This document shows positions 1-13,300 of a stretch of 64,000 bases of DNA, in pieces. Source of the stretch: Botryllus schlosseri (lineage: Eukaryota); NCBI GenBank assembly GCA_051294905.1, contig CM119372.1, positions 4,776,001 to 4,840,000 on the forward strand, in the 5' to 3' direction. Under the pieces are notes generated by a model. It saw nothing but the letters and a program-made list of their open reading frames with translations. It was not told where the DNA came from and searched no databases. The position numbers and the translations under genes were made by a program. How positions within the stretch are numbered: the stretch's first letter is position 1; each line of letters opens with the position of its first letter.

Positions 1-16
1 GATAGCGACTTACAAT

Positions 17-532
17 TAGGGCTGGGCACAATGATTCGAGTACTCGAATCTGAATCGAGCATTAATTTTAATGATTCGAGTCGAGTAATAAAATACCATT
101 TTTTCGAGTACTGAAATTTTACGCTTCTCGCCACGGAAAGTTAATTTATCAACGAGAATTACAATTTCGATACTAATTTTCACTGCTGAAGCCTTGAAAC
201 CTTGATTGGCTGTATTGTAGCATACGAAACATATGGTACGGAGCTACGAAGGCTACTGGACGTAGCACATTTCCGAAGTCATGATTCTTCCACAACATTG
301 CCACCAAGTGGAATGAAATCGGTATGGTCGAAAAATACCAAAGTATCATTTATGAGATGGATAAAATGCATTATATTCTTTGTGGGGGCATAAACGGTAC
401 ATATTTGAACTTTGACGTATTGCATTCTTTTATGACGTCATAACGAGTGATACTCGATGACTCGACTCGACTCGAAGCATATTACGTGATTCAGAATCGA
501 ATCACTCAGGTACTCGATTTTGCCCAGCCCTA
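17..532. mobile_element. hAT-like MITE, TAGGGCTGGGCA family
   Basis: TIR tagggctgggca/tgcccagcccta; 8-bp TSD cttacaat at 9-16 and 533-540. Confidence 0.9.
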
Positions 533-1385
533 CTTACAATACACGTAAATGGAAGTAACTGATACGAACGTCCCGCGTAATTTTTGAATACAATTTTGAT
601 GCATAGCTTAGTAAATACAGTTCTAATGCCGAATTTACTAGTAGCCATTTCATTTATCATCTGAAGTCCGAAAAGATAGCGTACTATCAGTGGAGCGTTC
701 AGCTTCTCGATCGCTAACGCCGGAAGGGAAAATGACAACAGACTTGACAACCAAACAGTTACTCCCAATCTCCATCGTTAAAGCACCTCGATTATGCAGA
801 CGAAAATAAACTGCCTTCCTTTCTCCTGCAGCGGATGACACAGAATTTAATAATAAAAAATTGACACTCTGTTCACCGTTCATATCCACTCGTTCACCGC
901 AATTCGAGGCTATCTTACACCCGTGTTACCAAGTAACTAACCAAAACGTCTGCTCGGCTAGTAGCGACATCCTCGTCTCAACTGTCCTTACGACCTTCAC
1001 AGAAGACATTATTATAATAGGTTCTACAAGCATAAACAGTAAACACTCTTGACTGCAGACCAGAAAAGGAAAGTGCGACTAATTGAAGCAAATGGATTTA
1101 TTCCACAAGAATAAATAGTTTGCATAAAACAATCGAAGGGAATAAACAGACAAAGTAGTTATTGCACATTTCACTTATCAGCTACGCGAAACCACGGATA
1201 TATATCTTTGTCGTGAGCGTAGACAATATACCAACGAAATGAAGGCACTGAACTTGTGAATCGATAGATGTAATCACTGATCTGAAAGAATGATCTTATA
1301 GTTGTATGATTTATTCGCGCAGAAGCAGCGTTTTGCGTTCATGTGCACTGAGCAAGAGAGTACAAGACACTTCAGGTCGATAGTT

Positions 1386-4300
1386 TCATTTCGCGATCTC
1401 GGGCGGTACGAACAGGAAGTCTGTAGGTAAGTACGTCTTGAGTTCGGCCATGTTCTTCACGTATTTCATCTTCCTCTGCACCTTTCGGCTTGAATGAGAC
1501 GCACGTGCATTAGTAAAATATACAGTTATACACTGTGCGGAAGAATCCACAATACAGAAAGTAATGGGGGCAGTGGAAGTGTCATTTTATAGAACTGTTA
1601 GGTGGAAGTAGTAAATGAAGGGTTGGAAGTAGTTTCAGAAAGTATATTTAGCCGAGGTGTTAAATACTTTACTCAGTTACTTAGTGGCAATGTCAAACTA
1701 CCTTAGGTGTAAGTGGAAAATGAAATTTTGAAAAGTAAGAAATTTCAAAAAGCAGAGGTGACTAACTTCCAAAATCGCAAATTAACGCAAAATGGGTAAT
1801 AACGCCACTACAAATAGGATCGATTCTCGAAAAAAAATCAGTTTCCGGGATACGGGGGTTATTTCGCCACTCATAATGGTGATGAAAACGTAACCCAAAA
1901 CTACTTTCTACTTTAAAAATTGAAATTGTGAAAAGTTGAGAAGTGAAATTTGTCTAAATCAGTGGGAGTAATCAAAATTTACTTGGGTATTCTGAAAAAG
2001 TACAAGTTAATCGTTACACCGACCACCTCTGTTTATCAAACCTACCATCGAAGGCCAGAACAGTGGGAAAAATTTTCCTACGCCAATTTGCATGGTAATA
2101 GGACTGGCGTCCGCACAAGATTTTGGACATAAGTAGGGCGATTTTTTGTATGAAAACGATAGATTTTGACTTACAAAATGAAAATTTTGACATTTTGTGA
2201 CTTTGAGAAACATAATTTTGACAGCGTGTATGTAATTAATGTAAATAGGCATTTCCGCACATAATGCTAGAATTGTACTACTTATCTTCATTTCTGGTTG
2301 GAACTGATTGTCCTTGCGACGTAGTTTGTCCTTGCATTTGTTATTCTCATGCTTACGAATTCGTAAACTCTGGTTTGACACGAACTGAATATTTGTTGCA
2401 TGTCGTTCAATTTTCGAATTCAGTAATTCTAATTTTTAAAACCAGAAAATTTTGTAGCAGTCCAACTCAGATCTCACCTGATAAACAGCTTGGCCACGGT
2501 TCGAAAGTAGAACGACGAGTTTAGAATGTAGAAGGCCTCGACGTTCTTCTTCAGCCGGTAATCGATATGCTCGTGCCATCTACGCAGAAGCGCGTTCGCA
2601 GGCTGCTGGTTTCTTGACCCGGCGAAAATAATGACGCTGAAGTTGCCTTGCGCTAGGAGCTCCACTGTCGCTAACACATATCTGGAATCGACAACACAAA
2701 CCGTTCGCAAAGTCGCAATGAAGCAGGGACAGAGGACATACAAGTGTTTACTTACAGAAATATATTGTCCATAATCCAGTCATAATGTTGGACGTTTGTA
2801 GTGGGTAGATACGGCATGAACACTTCGATGATTGTGCTCTTTTCGTCGTAAAATCCTGTCACGAGAATACACGAGTTGAGTTCAAAATTAACTTTTTAGA
2901 GGGATTCACTGATTAAATTTTTAGGTTGCGCACCAAAAAATCGCTGCGCACAAAATTCGGCTCGATTCCAACTGTCAGATGTGAACGCACAGGAGTGTGA
3001 AAATCATGAATCTATTATTTAATTTTTTTTTAATTTGAAATATTACTGTCAACCTCATGAAATCGCTAAGGCAACCTAACAATTTTCCAGTGAATCCCTG
3101 AAATTTTTGAACAACGCTAATGTGTATAACTATACATTGTTACATTTGCTGTTGAATTGTTTTTCATTTCCACTTGAGAAAACAAAAATCAGTACATCTG
3201 CTTTGTATTAGTATAAAAGAGGTGGCAGGCAGAAGGAGCTCAATAGCAGTTACCAGACCTAGAATAGAATTTTTCGCTTGGTAAGTCAGTCTGGCATAGC
3301 GTCAATGATCTGTAATTAGGGTTTGAGTCCAGCAGAGAGAGATGATTATTTCGAGCATTGAAATTACACAGCCCTATCAAATAAAATTAATGTTTCCATA
3401 ACATTGTCCACTGTGAAAGGCTGTAAACCTATACTAGTCATATCGCAACATACCGAACATAGTACAAAGTCACGGGTGTTACTGAAATTGACATTTGAAT
3501 GTCAACTCGTGATCAACCCACAGTATTGTCGTAGTGCAATGAAATAGGTATGGTCGAAAAAATACCAGATAAGCTTTACTATGATGTAGAACAGGCATTA
3601 TTTTTCTTGTGGTCACATAAAAGGTACATATTTGTCAGGTTGTAACCAAGTCACAAGGTTCCGAGTCATAAGTCAACGTCACTTTTATAGTTTTGACTCG
3701 AGTCAAGTCGAGTCATTTTTAATTTTCCACCAAGTCAAGTCCGAGTCCAAGTCAGCTAGTAAATGGCCGTGTCACTGTTTAATTTTCAGTTAAACCCACA
3801 TTTTTCAACTCTGCACGAGTGATATAGAATGGCTCGCATTCATAATATCGTAATTTTCCTCAGTCTTAGCAGTTTCAGGCCTAAGACTGACAAACAAGAT
3901 ACCAATAATGTGGCAACTTTACTCTTCTTCGAAGTAACTGTGAAATGTGTGTCTTGGCCGACCTGGTCTCGAGTCCCATGACTTGGTTCGAGTCACACAC
4001 AATGACTTGAGTATACAAGTCAAGTCAACACAAAATTTACTCAAGTCGAGTCATTTCGCGCATTTGAAAAATGACTCGAGTCAAGTCATAGAACATATGA
4101 CTCGAAGCCTAATACTCGATTCAGAATCAAAATCGGTAACACCGCCGACCTCCATGCGCGATCACTCGCTTGTACGGTTGAACCAGAGCTTCGTCGATCC
4201 TATATTCGATATTCTTGATCGTAACCGTTTCCCACTTGACCACTCTTCGAAGCTCGGGCTGGGGAACGATCGGAATCACGTCTTTCGGATCGACCAGCTG

Positions 4301-7300
4301 GTATCTCGTCTTGATTATTTCAGGGGCCACGGGTTGCGGCGTTTTCTTCCGTCGTAACGAAGGCAGCCGCGGGAGCATGCTGCGCTTGTTACCTGTACGA
4401 GTGGCGTTTCGAAATGGGATACTTGAAAATGAAAGGGATGGAGTTACCTGTCGCTTCTCCGGCGCTGCTTGCTACGGATGTTTGCGAGCTGCTGAGACTG
4501 GACGAAAGACTTATTCTTTGGGAAACTGGTGTTTCTACAAATGATAATAATACGTTGCAGGTAGCAGGACATCGAAAAATGCTATGAAGAATAGCAAATT
4601 TGGTTAGACTTCAGCTACTAGGGCGGAGGTGCTCAAGCTGTTGGCCATTAGAGTGGAGTGAAAAAAAAAATTGAATTTCAAAAAGTGCCATTGATATTTG
4701 GTCCCAAATCTCAAATGCCCAACAAAATTTTGTTGTTAAAGCAGCAATATGACAGATTGTAACATGCAAATTGGCATCGCAAACTTAGTAAAACCAAGCG
4801 ACATTTTAATGGCGGTCTAAAAATCAATGATTTGCTTGTAACTTTTATTCCGAACATTTTCAAGACAAAGTTCTATGGAAGGCAGATTGTAACATGTTGC
4901 TTCCGCATCTTTTAAGCCCAAAACTAGTTTTCTAGCATAAGCGGTTATCAAGATATGGCAAAATTAGCTATTTTCGGCTCGTTCGGTGAAATTGCACTAG
5001 AGGGTGCAGGAACCTGAAATCATGATAGAAGTAATTCATTTGAGATTTAGGACTAAATATCAAAGGCACTTTTTGAAATTCAAATTCCTCTTTTTTTCAC
5101 TCCACCCTATTGGCCATGTGGTTGTTTTCAGACACCCACAGAGCTTGTATGGTATATAGTTAGGGCTGCCATTCCCTCCTTGTCCTCAATACACTCCAAC
5201 TGGTAATCAGGACGCGACGGGGGCTTCAGACATTTATTGGGCGAAAGTGATGACTAGGGCAAGATGCATTGCTATATCAGAAAAAAAGTTTTGAATCATA
5301 TTTTCAGACAACCACGCAATTCCATGGGGTAGGCAATAAAATTTGAAAAAAATTAAATTAAATTTTATTAAATAAATCGAAAACTCTTTTTAAATAGCCA
5401 TGCTTCTATAGGTTGGAATTCTGCCAAAATTGGTGTGCAGCGTTTTTTAGGGAGCCTAACAATTTTATAAAGTAATAAGTAAAATTTGAAAAAAATTAAA
5501 TTTTATTAAATAAATCGAAAACTCTTTTTAAATAGCCATGCTTCTATAGGTTGGAATTCTGCCAAAATTGGTGTGCAGCGTTTTTTAGGGAACCTAACAA
5601 TTTTATAAAGTAATAAGTAAAATTTGAAAAAAAGGAAGTTATTTTTGAACAGCCCTAGCGAACATTCAAATATCTTGCAGTGGAAATACAAAAAAAGACA
5701 TCAACATATTTAACAAATAGCACCTTGTATATCAGATTTGTCGGTGAGGTCAATTTCATCCAATGCAACCGACAAAACCAGCGATGAAGGTGGTACCAAC
5801 GACTTTCGTTTAGCCGCCAATCGATTGTTCTCATCGGAGTCATGCGACGCGGTAGGTGTTGAATTGCCGGAATCATTGGCGAATGTATCGTCCTCCAGGG
5901 AGATAAGTCGACTGGACTTCTGAGATGCTGTTATGACGACAAAACCAGTTCAACAAATCAGCTTGGAATGGAAAAGAGGGACTTCAAATCTTACTTCAAT
6001 GACTCTTGGAGGTGCAGAACAGCACCATACAACACAATAATAAATACATAGAGAAATAAACCCGAGTATTTTCGGTTGACACTCGTCAGGGGTAATCGTC
6101 AGCAACTAGTAGAGTATTCAAAAGAACTGTGTATACAGCATTTGTTGTGCTTCTTGGAGGTACAGAACTTCAGTATACAATTGAATATTATATTCATATT
6201 GAAATGAAACCCGAATATTTTCGGCTGACACTCGTCAGGGGTAATCGTCAGCAACTAGTAGAGTATTCAAAAGAGCTGTGTACACAACATTTGTTGTGGT
6301 TCTTGGAGGTACAGAACTTCAGTATACAATTGAATATTATATTCATATTGAAATGAAACCGGAATATTTTCAGCTGACACTCGTCAGGGGTAATCGTCAG
6401 CAACTGGTAGAGAATATAGAGATGAGAATTTTCTACTAGTTGCTGACGATTACCCCTGACGAGTGTCAGCCGAAAATATTCGGGTTTCATTTCAATATGA
6501 ATATAATATTCAATTGAACACTTGTTGTATAACCATCATTTTCAGTACTCAAGGTGATAGTGATTAGTGAAGCACCAAGTATCTATGTGGTAGAAATGGA
6601 ATTATATCTATCTTTATAAAGTTTGTTGATAGTTGAAGGTGTATAAAACGTTTTGGCAGCCGACGTTATTCTCAAAATGCAACTGCAGCTAAGGATTTTC
6701 GTGAAATGTCCAATTCCACTCCTTTCATCTCTGTGGTTGGTGGTCACATCACATCTAGAGCGCAGCAGCGTAAGTAGTAGTAAAAGTATATATTTGCATC
6801 ATGTTCAAGAGTGAATGGTCATAATTACCTGCCTATTGCATATGTATCATGTTTGCAGCGTACGGATTTTAAAGTATTTGTCATTCTGCGTTATTCACAG
6901 AGATGTACCAGAAAATATTGAGTCGTGGGTTATTGCCAAAATATGCGAGATTTCTCATCTTAAACTGCTACTTCATAAGCACTGGGTTATATACACTGCA
7001 ATTCTACATGACGTAGGTTTGCCTGCCTTAAAATCTGCACACTGTCCACACTTAAATAGCACGATGACTATGTAGACCAACTGCATCAAATTAACTTGAC
7101 TCACCTTCTGTTTCATCTTCATCCTCGGAATCCGTTAGGTAGCGGATACTACCAGTTGTGTCAAATCTTTGCCGGCCGTGTTTTCTGAATACGAATTTCA
7201 ATGTTGCAATGAAAAGGACAAAGCAATCAACAAACAGTCTTACATATATTCTTCATCCTGCGATGTCGACTGCAATCCATCACTCATTGAACTTGAAGTA

Positions 7301-10300
7301 TTGAGTTCTGCCTGCTGGGTTGTCGGTATGTCTTCATTCTCGCTAGTAGTGATAACGGATGTTTTTGAAGTATTTACCTCTTCCTGCTGGGTTGTTATCA
7401 CGTCCTCATTCTCAACAGTAGTAATAACGGATGCATCATTTCCCTTGCTATCTTGTTCAACAACATCGAACAAGCTCTCTGGTGGTAATACTTCCCCATT
7501 GATTTCTATTATTGGAATACTGTCCTCTAGGCTGTAGTCTGGTTTTGCTTCCACGCCATCATCAATATGTTGATACGATGGCGTTGATTTTTTAGCCTCT
7601 TCCACACTCGACACCAAGGTTTCCATTATAGAAGCGAGTACAGAGTCCGCTATTAAATGATAGTTGTGCATTGGATCAACTATTTCATCAAGACTACCAA
7701 AGCTATCATCATCACTTAAGAAATATTCCTTTTCAGAAGACGAGTATCCGTCCGACGCAGAGTCTACAGGTGAGATACTTGACCCAGCATGCTCAGTGTG
7801 CGAAAAACTGTCATCCGCCAGTTCGTTTTGCTGACCATATTCATCCGATATCACTATTGTCGGTGGCAATCGCGGAGGAGATTCACGGTCGACTATGTTC
7901 ACAATAGGATTCACATTAATACCTTCCTTGACAATATCAGATGGACTTTCTTCGATTTGCAATGCTGATTTGACTGCAGGTTCATCCTCTGCCGGTTGTA
8001 CCAGTTCGCTGACATCAGCGCTAGTAATCATTTCCGCAGACGACAGTTCTTTATCATCTTCTGTATTGACAGACTCTTCACTGCTTGATACACCCAACAT
8101 AATCGACGGAGCAGTCACATTCGGTGCTTGTAAATTCGCTTCTACTAACGTTAGACTAATTTCCGAATCCGCAGACCGTTTTGTTTCAGAACTGTCATCA
8201 ATAATTGAAGAGATGAGGCTTTCACGAGTGTGTTCTCCATGTTCGTCAGATGTAGCCTGTTCATTATTAATGACAAGCTCACTGCTGTTCTTTTTATCGG
8301 TCGATGGTTGAACTACTTTAGGAATATTGCCGGTTTCTGTGGTTACTGTTGCCTCAGATAGATCGATTTGATCTGGGTTATCAACAAGTTCACCAGTCGC
8401 TTCTCTTTTTGCCTTCTTTTTCTTTCGTAACGGAGGGGGTGGCGGTGTATCAGTGATAAGATGTGTTTCTGAAGCTACGGTCTCCAACAGCGCCTTTGAA
8501 TCTTCCGCATTTGGAATCGAGGTATTATGAGGCACACTTTTAATATTGGAAACCTCAGGGTTTTCACGGGGCGCTTGTGGCAGATCAATGTCGGGTTTCA
8601 TACAGGCTTCACTACGGTTGAAACATTCTTGTGTTGTGTCATTAGGTTGCACAGCATGGATCTCAGACGCATTCAGATCTAATGATCCTGTCTCCCCATC
8701 TGGAGCAAGTTGCTGCGCATCAATTTCCTCAAGAGGCAGAGAGTCCACATTTTTATCATCATCTGACAGAATACTTTCCACAGATAATTTTGGCAGAATA
8801 TTATCTGCCTGTTCATGAACAGTGCTAATATCTGCATTAGCATCTGCATGGATACCGGGTAAGGTTGAGATGTCCTCGCTTTGTGACAGGTCTGTATTGG
8901 ATTGCGCTGAAGATACATCTTCATGAAATATGGCCGTTGTCTCCAACGACGTTCGATCATAGAAGGAATTTTCATGTACTACATCTGCATCACTTGCTGA
9001 AGTCACATTCGCAGTATGTGTGATATTTTGGAGCATCTCTGGATCTGCCGTATCCAACTGTGGGGTGTTCGCAATGTGTTCCATCTTATTGTGAGAATCA
9101 TCAGTCTGTTCCTGACATTGAACCTGTGAATTTTCGACTGATTGAATATCAGCTATCTCTTCATTGGCATCATCTAGTTTCTGTGTAGAATCTAGTATCA
9201 TTACCGGTGAAATAACTGGTTGTGAATCACCAAGTACACTTTCCGAAGGAATGATTGGAGTAGGGGCTTTCTTTTCTGTCAAACCAGAGTCAAAATCTGC
9301 AAACATTGGATCATTCGAGGCAGTTGTTATATTATCCTGCATGACACTGCGATGAGCCAAATCAGATTCAACCTGAGGAAAAGATTCAGACTGCAATACA
9401 CCATGAATGGGGGGTTCCGAAATATTGTCAACTTCCATTACAGTAGGTATTTCTGATGACAATTTGATGTCTGACTCCATCTCAATGACTAAGGAAGCTA
9501 CTTTATGATCTTCATCTGCCACGTGGCCATCAGTCAACGGCTCCTGTATTTCGATGGTGTCCTGAGACAGCACCTCAGAATCAGGCATATTAGAATCCAT
9601 ATCTGTATCAGACTCAGTGTGCTGGTACAGGGGTGTTCCTGATGCAACCTCAACATTATCAACCGGTAAAGTATTCCTCTGCAGATTAGTACTTTCACTT
9701 TCCGAATCAGCAGTTTCAGTCAAAGGTATATCTTGATTTGTATCATCATCAGTATGCTGGTACCCGGACATTTCCTCGATATTCTCAACACTATCAATGG
9801 CCAAAGTGTTCTCCTGTGATTCGATAAGAGAAGCCACCTGAACTTGGGACGTGGTAGTTTCATTCTCTGATGGCTTATCAGATTTTGTGACGAGCACACC
9901 TTCCGTTAGCTCCATATTTTCATCTGTCGGCTTTTCCGGGGTGAATGCAATACCGCTATTTGTCGGAGTAATATGTTCTGCAGCTACAAACAAATTTTCA
10001 ACAGTCTGCGGTTCAGAGGTTGCTTCACTAGCTGAAATTTCACTTGCACCCGAGAGCACTGAAGTTTTGATAATACATTCCATTGATTTAGACATTTTTT
10101 CCTCATCATTTTCAGAATCTAGTGAAGAATGGACTTCAGAAGTAATTGAAGTCAGATTGGTATCGTTCGAAGACTCTGGAGGAGTTATCGTGGGTGTCAA
10201 AAGCACATGAACATCTGTGGGTTCTTTTTCGAACTTCACTTCATTGTCAGTTTCAGTACTACCGATGATATGTAACTGGTCAATCTCTGAAGAGAAATGC

Positions 10301-13300
10301 AACACTGATTGGGCTTCATCACTTGTAACAACCTCGGCATTGGTGATGTCATGTAGTGGAACATCTTGAACAGGCTCCAGGTCATTCAATGTCAAAGAAT
10401 TCTGTTCGTTGCGGGGCTGAGCATTTTCAGCAGTACCTGAACTCTGTTTCACCTCTTGAGAGAGCATTATTGATTTACTCTGAGGTGACAAATCTGCATT
10501 AGGCTGTTCTGACAGTAAATTCTCATCACTAATGATGCACACGTCTCTGTCAGATTGAGCATTCATTATTGATAGGTGGTGATCACTCGCGTTTTCGATT
10601 TCCAAAGACATATTGATTGGTTCAATTTTCTCACCAGCGTCGACAGCCCCAGCAGGTTTATTTACCGTTAATACGATTTCAGTACGATCTGCATCATTGA
10701 ATATTGTTGAATGATCTTGCAACTTATTGTGATCAGCATTACCAACATTTTCCTTGACAGGACCAGGGAAACATTCATCTTCAGTTTGCAAGACATCTGG
10801 TTTCTTTGAAGGTCTATCCACATTTAAAGCGAGCTGCTGGTCGCTACATATTTCTGTTGCATCCAATGCCACAATTGGTAGTGAAATATGTTGTGCATTC
10901 TGCAAGCCTGTTTCAGCACTGTTATTTGACGATACCGATGCTTCCGAGTCTTCCAGCAAATTTGGAGTTATTTCAGGTCCAATATCCATTGTTTGAGGAA
11001 GAGTAGAATCACAAGCTGGTTGATGTTCAGTTACAATTTCCTCGTCCTTAGATGTCAACAAATCATCCATTTCATGGTGGTGCATACCAGCAGTGTCAAG
11101 TGCAGAATCAATTTGAGACGGAGCGGTAATAATATCGATTTTACTTTGAGACACTGGAGCAATAGCAGATTGCTGTAAAGACAAACCCATATCTAAGTCT
11201 TCTTTTTCCGTAAATGCTTCCACGTTAGATTTAACGTTTTCCATCGATGCAATCATATCTTCGCCAGTGACATCGTCATCATCGTTCATGTGATCTTGAG
11301 CATTTTCAGATCCAAAATCGGTCTTCGCAACATCAGCAGCAATAGTAACTCCATTGAAGGATGAAATTTCAGTAACAACGCTTGCGGATATGTCATTGTC
11401 GAATTGTAAAGACACGGCACCTTCACCCTCATTCTCATTATCAGAATTATCAGAAAACGAAATAGTGTCACCATCCATTTTCATGGGCTCCAAATTATCC
11501 CTGATGACATGGAGAGAGTTATTTTCCACAATAACTGAAGCATCGGACAAATATTCTGCTTCCTGATGTTTAATATCCTCATCAGAATGTCCGGTTTCAA
11601 CGACCTTAGTATTCATGGTCGATGCAGTTTCATTAATCACATCCACAGATGGTGACTGTGAAATCTCAGCCTTTTTGAAAGACTGTTGCTGCTCTTCGGG
11701 TATTTCTATGCCACCCGACTCAACTACCGACCGTACATTCTGTGAACTTTCGGCTTCATTCGAAACGATTTCGGGATCAATGTTTTTTCCAGCGTTATCC
11801 ATCAGTTGTGCATCAGCAGATGCTGGCAGAACAATGTCATCTTTGACCTGATCGAAATCTGAAACTACATGAGTCTCGAATTCCAAAGAACCAATTATCG
11901 GACCATCTGCATTTCGTGCTATGTCATGGATTTCATCTTCTTTCAGGATACTGGGTTGCTCTGGAAATATATGGGTGTAGGTTTCAAATCCAGCGATCAA
12001 CGCCCCTTGCAAAATATCACTTTCGCGGGCTGACATTGTTGGTCGATTTTTGTCTGTCCCATTGTCCACAGTTTGTGACTGCGCTGAGTCAATTGATTGA
12101 TCGATTGAGTATGTACTACTGCCTGATGAAATTTCAATACAAGTAGTGTCATTGTCAGTCTTGATTATATCGGAAGTGCTGTAAGCGGTATCTTCCGCTT
12201 CAGGATCCTGATTCTGCACCAACTCATTCTTTACTTTATTGGCGTCTGAAGTTGAAACATCTTGATTTGCAGTCTGATTTTCACTTGAGATGGATTCACT
12301 TTCCACATCCTCAAGTTTCATTTCGGATTTCTTTTCATGATTCACTTCCAAGGACGATTGGTCATCAATTTCCGATGCATGTTCTCCTTGCAACGGAACT
12401 GGATTCTCGGATTCTTCTCTCAAATCATCTTCGTTTATTGTCAAAGATTCATCCGTTATGATATCGTCGACATCTTCAAATGCGTACGTTTCACGCTGAG
12501 TTTCAGATTCATCTATTTCACTCGGTTCACTTTCTTCCGGTATGACTGGCAAGCCAGAATATCTTCTGAGAGGATCGGTGACAATATCTTCCCAATCGGT
12601 ATCGTAAGCTTCGTAAGTGGTTGAAGGTTCTGGATCCAATTCAGGATAGGTGAATTCTTGATTCGGAATTTGCCTTATTCCATACTGCTTTAATGCAGAT
12701 TTATATTGAGAAATGGAGTCATCATAATCATCTGTAAATGAGCTATCATTGCCATCAGCAGGGTTATAGTCGTTTGAACTTGAACTGCTGCCGGATTCTG
12801 CATCACTTCCATCGTCAGAAAATAATTCCCTGTCAATGAATACGGTGGATGGTACTGACGAGTAATTGGTGTAGAAGCTTGTCGGCAAGGAAACGGACTT
12901 TTTAATGGATGACGAAGAAGACTGTGCTTCCGTGTTCCCTTGCACTTTCACAGAAGAAAATTCATTGTCCTCCGTATATACATATTCAATATTATCGGCA
13001 GATTGAGAATGCATAAGTTCAAGCTCATCATAATCTGCTTCCGGAAGTGGTGGCGGTGATTGATATTGACCACGGTAGTCACTGAGCACTTGATTGCCAT
13101 CTTGTTCATCCCGAGTCAAATGGCCTTCACCAAAAACTTCATCTGAATTCTCAACCGAAATGATGACAGCAGTGTTGCTGTCATATTCCGCATCTGATGG
13201 TATACTTCCATCTACTTCAGTTAATCCGACTATTGGCGGTATTTCTCCATTGCTTTCCTGGCCTGTTGTGATATTCATGTGCTGATCATGGATATCATGA

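Larger units (their letters stand above)
6004..6517. mobile_element. Hammerhead-ribozyme-bearing 149-bp repeat array: three tandem copies on minus plus one inverted copy; Penelope-like non-autonomous element / retrozyme
   Basis: Period is 149 bp (cores at 6060, 6209, 6358), with an inverted core at 6452. Core: accc-CTGACGA-gtgtcagcc-GAAA-ata-TTC-gggt. Confidence 0.75.

Noticed and set aside
6004..6517. CRISPR-like or simple satellite array
   Set aside because: Units are near-identical along their whole length with no unique spacers, the context is a eukaryotic intron, and dispersed copies with a TSD indicate a mobile element.
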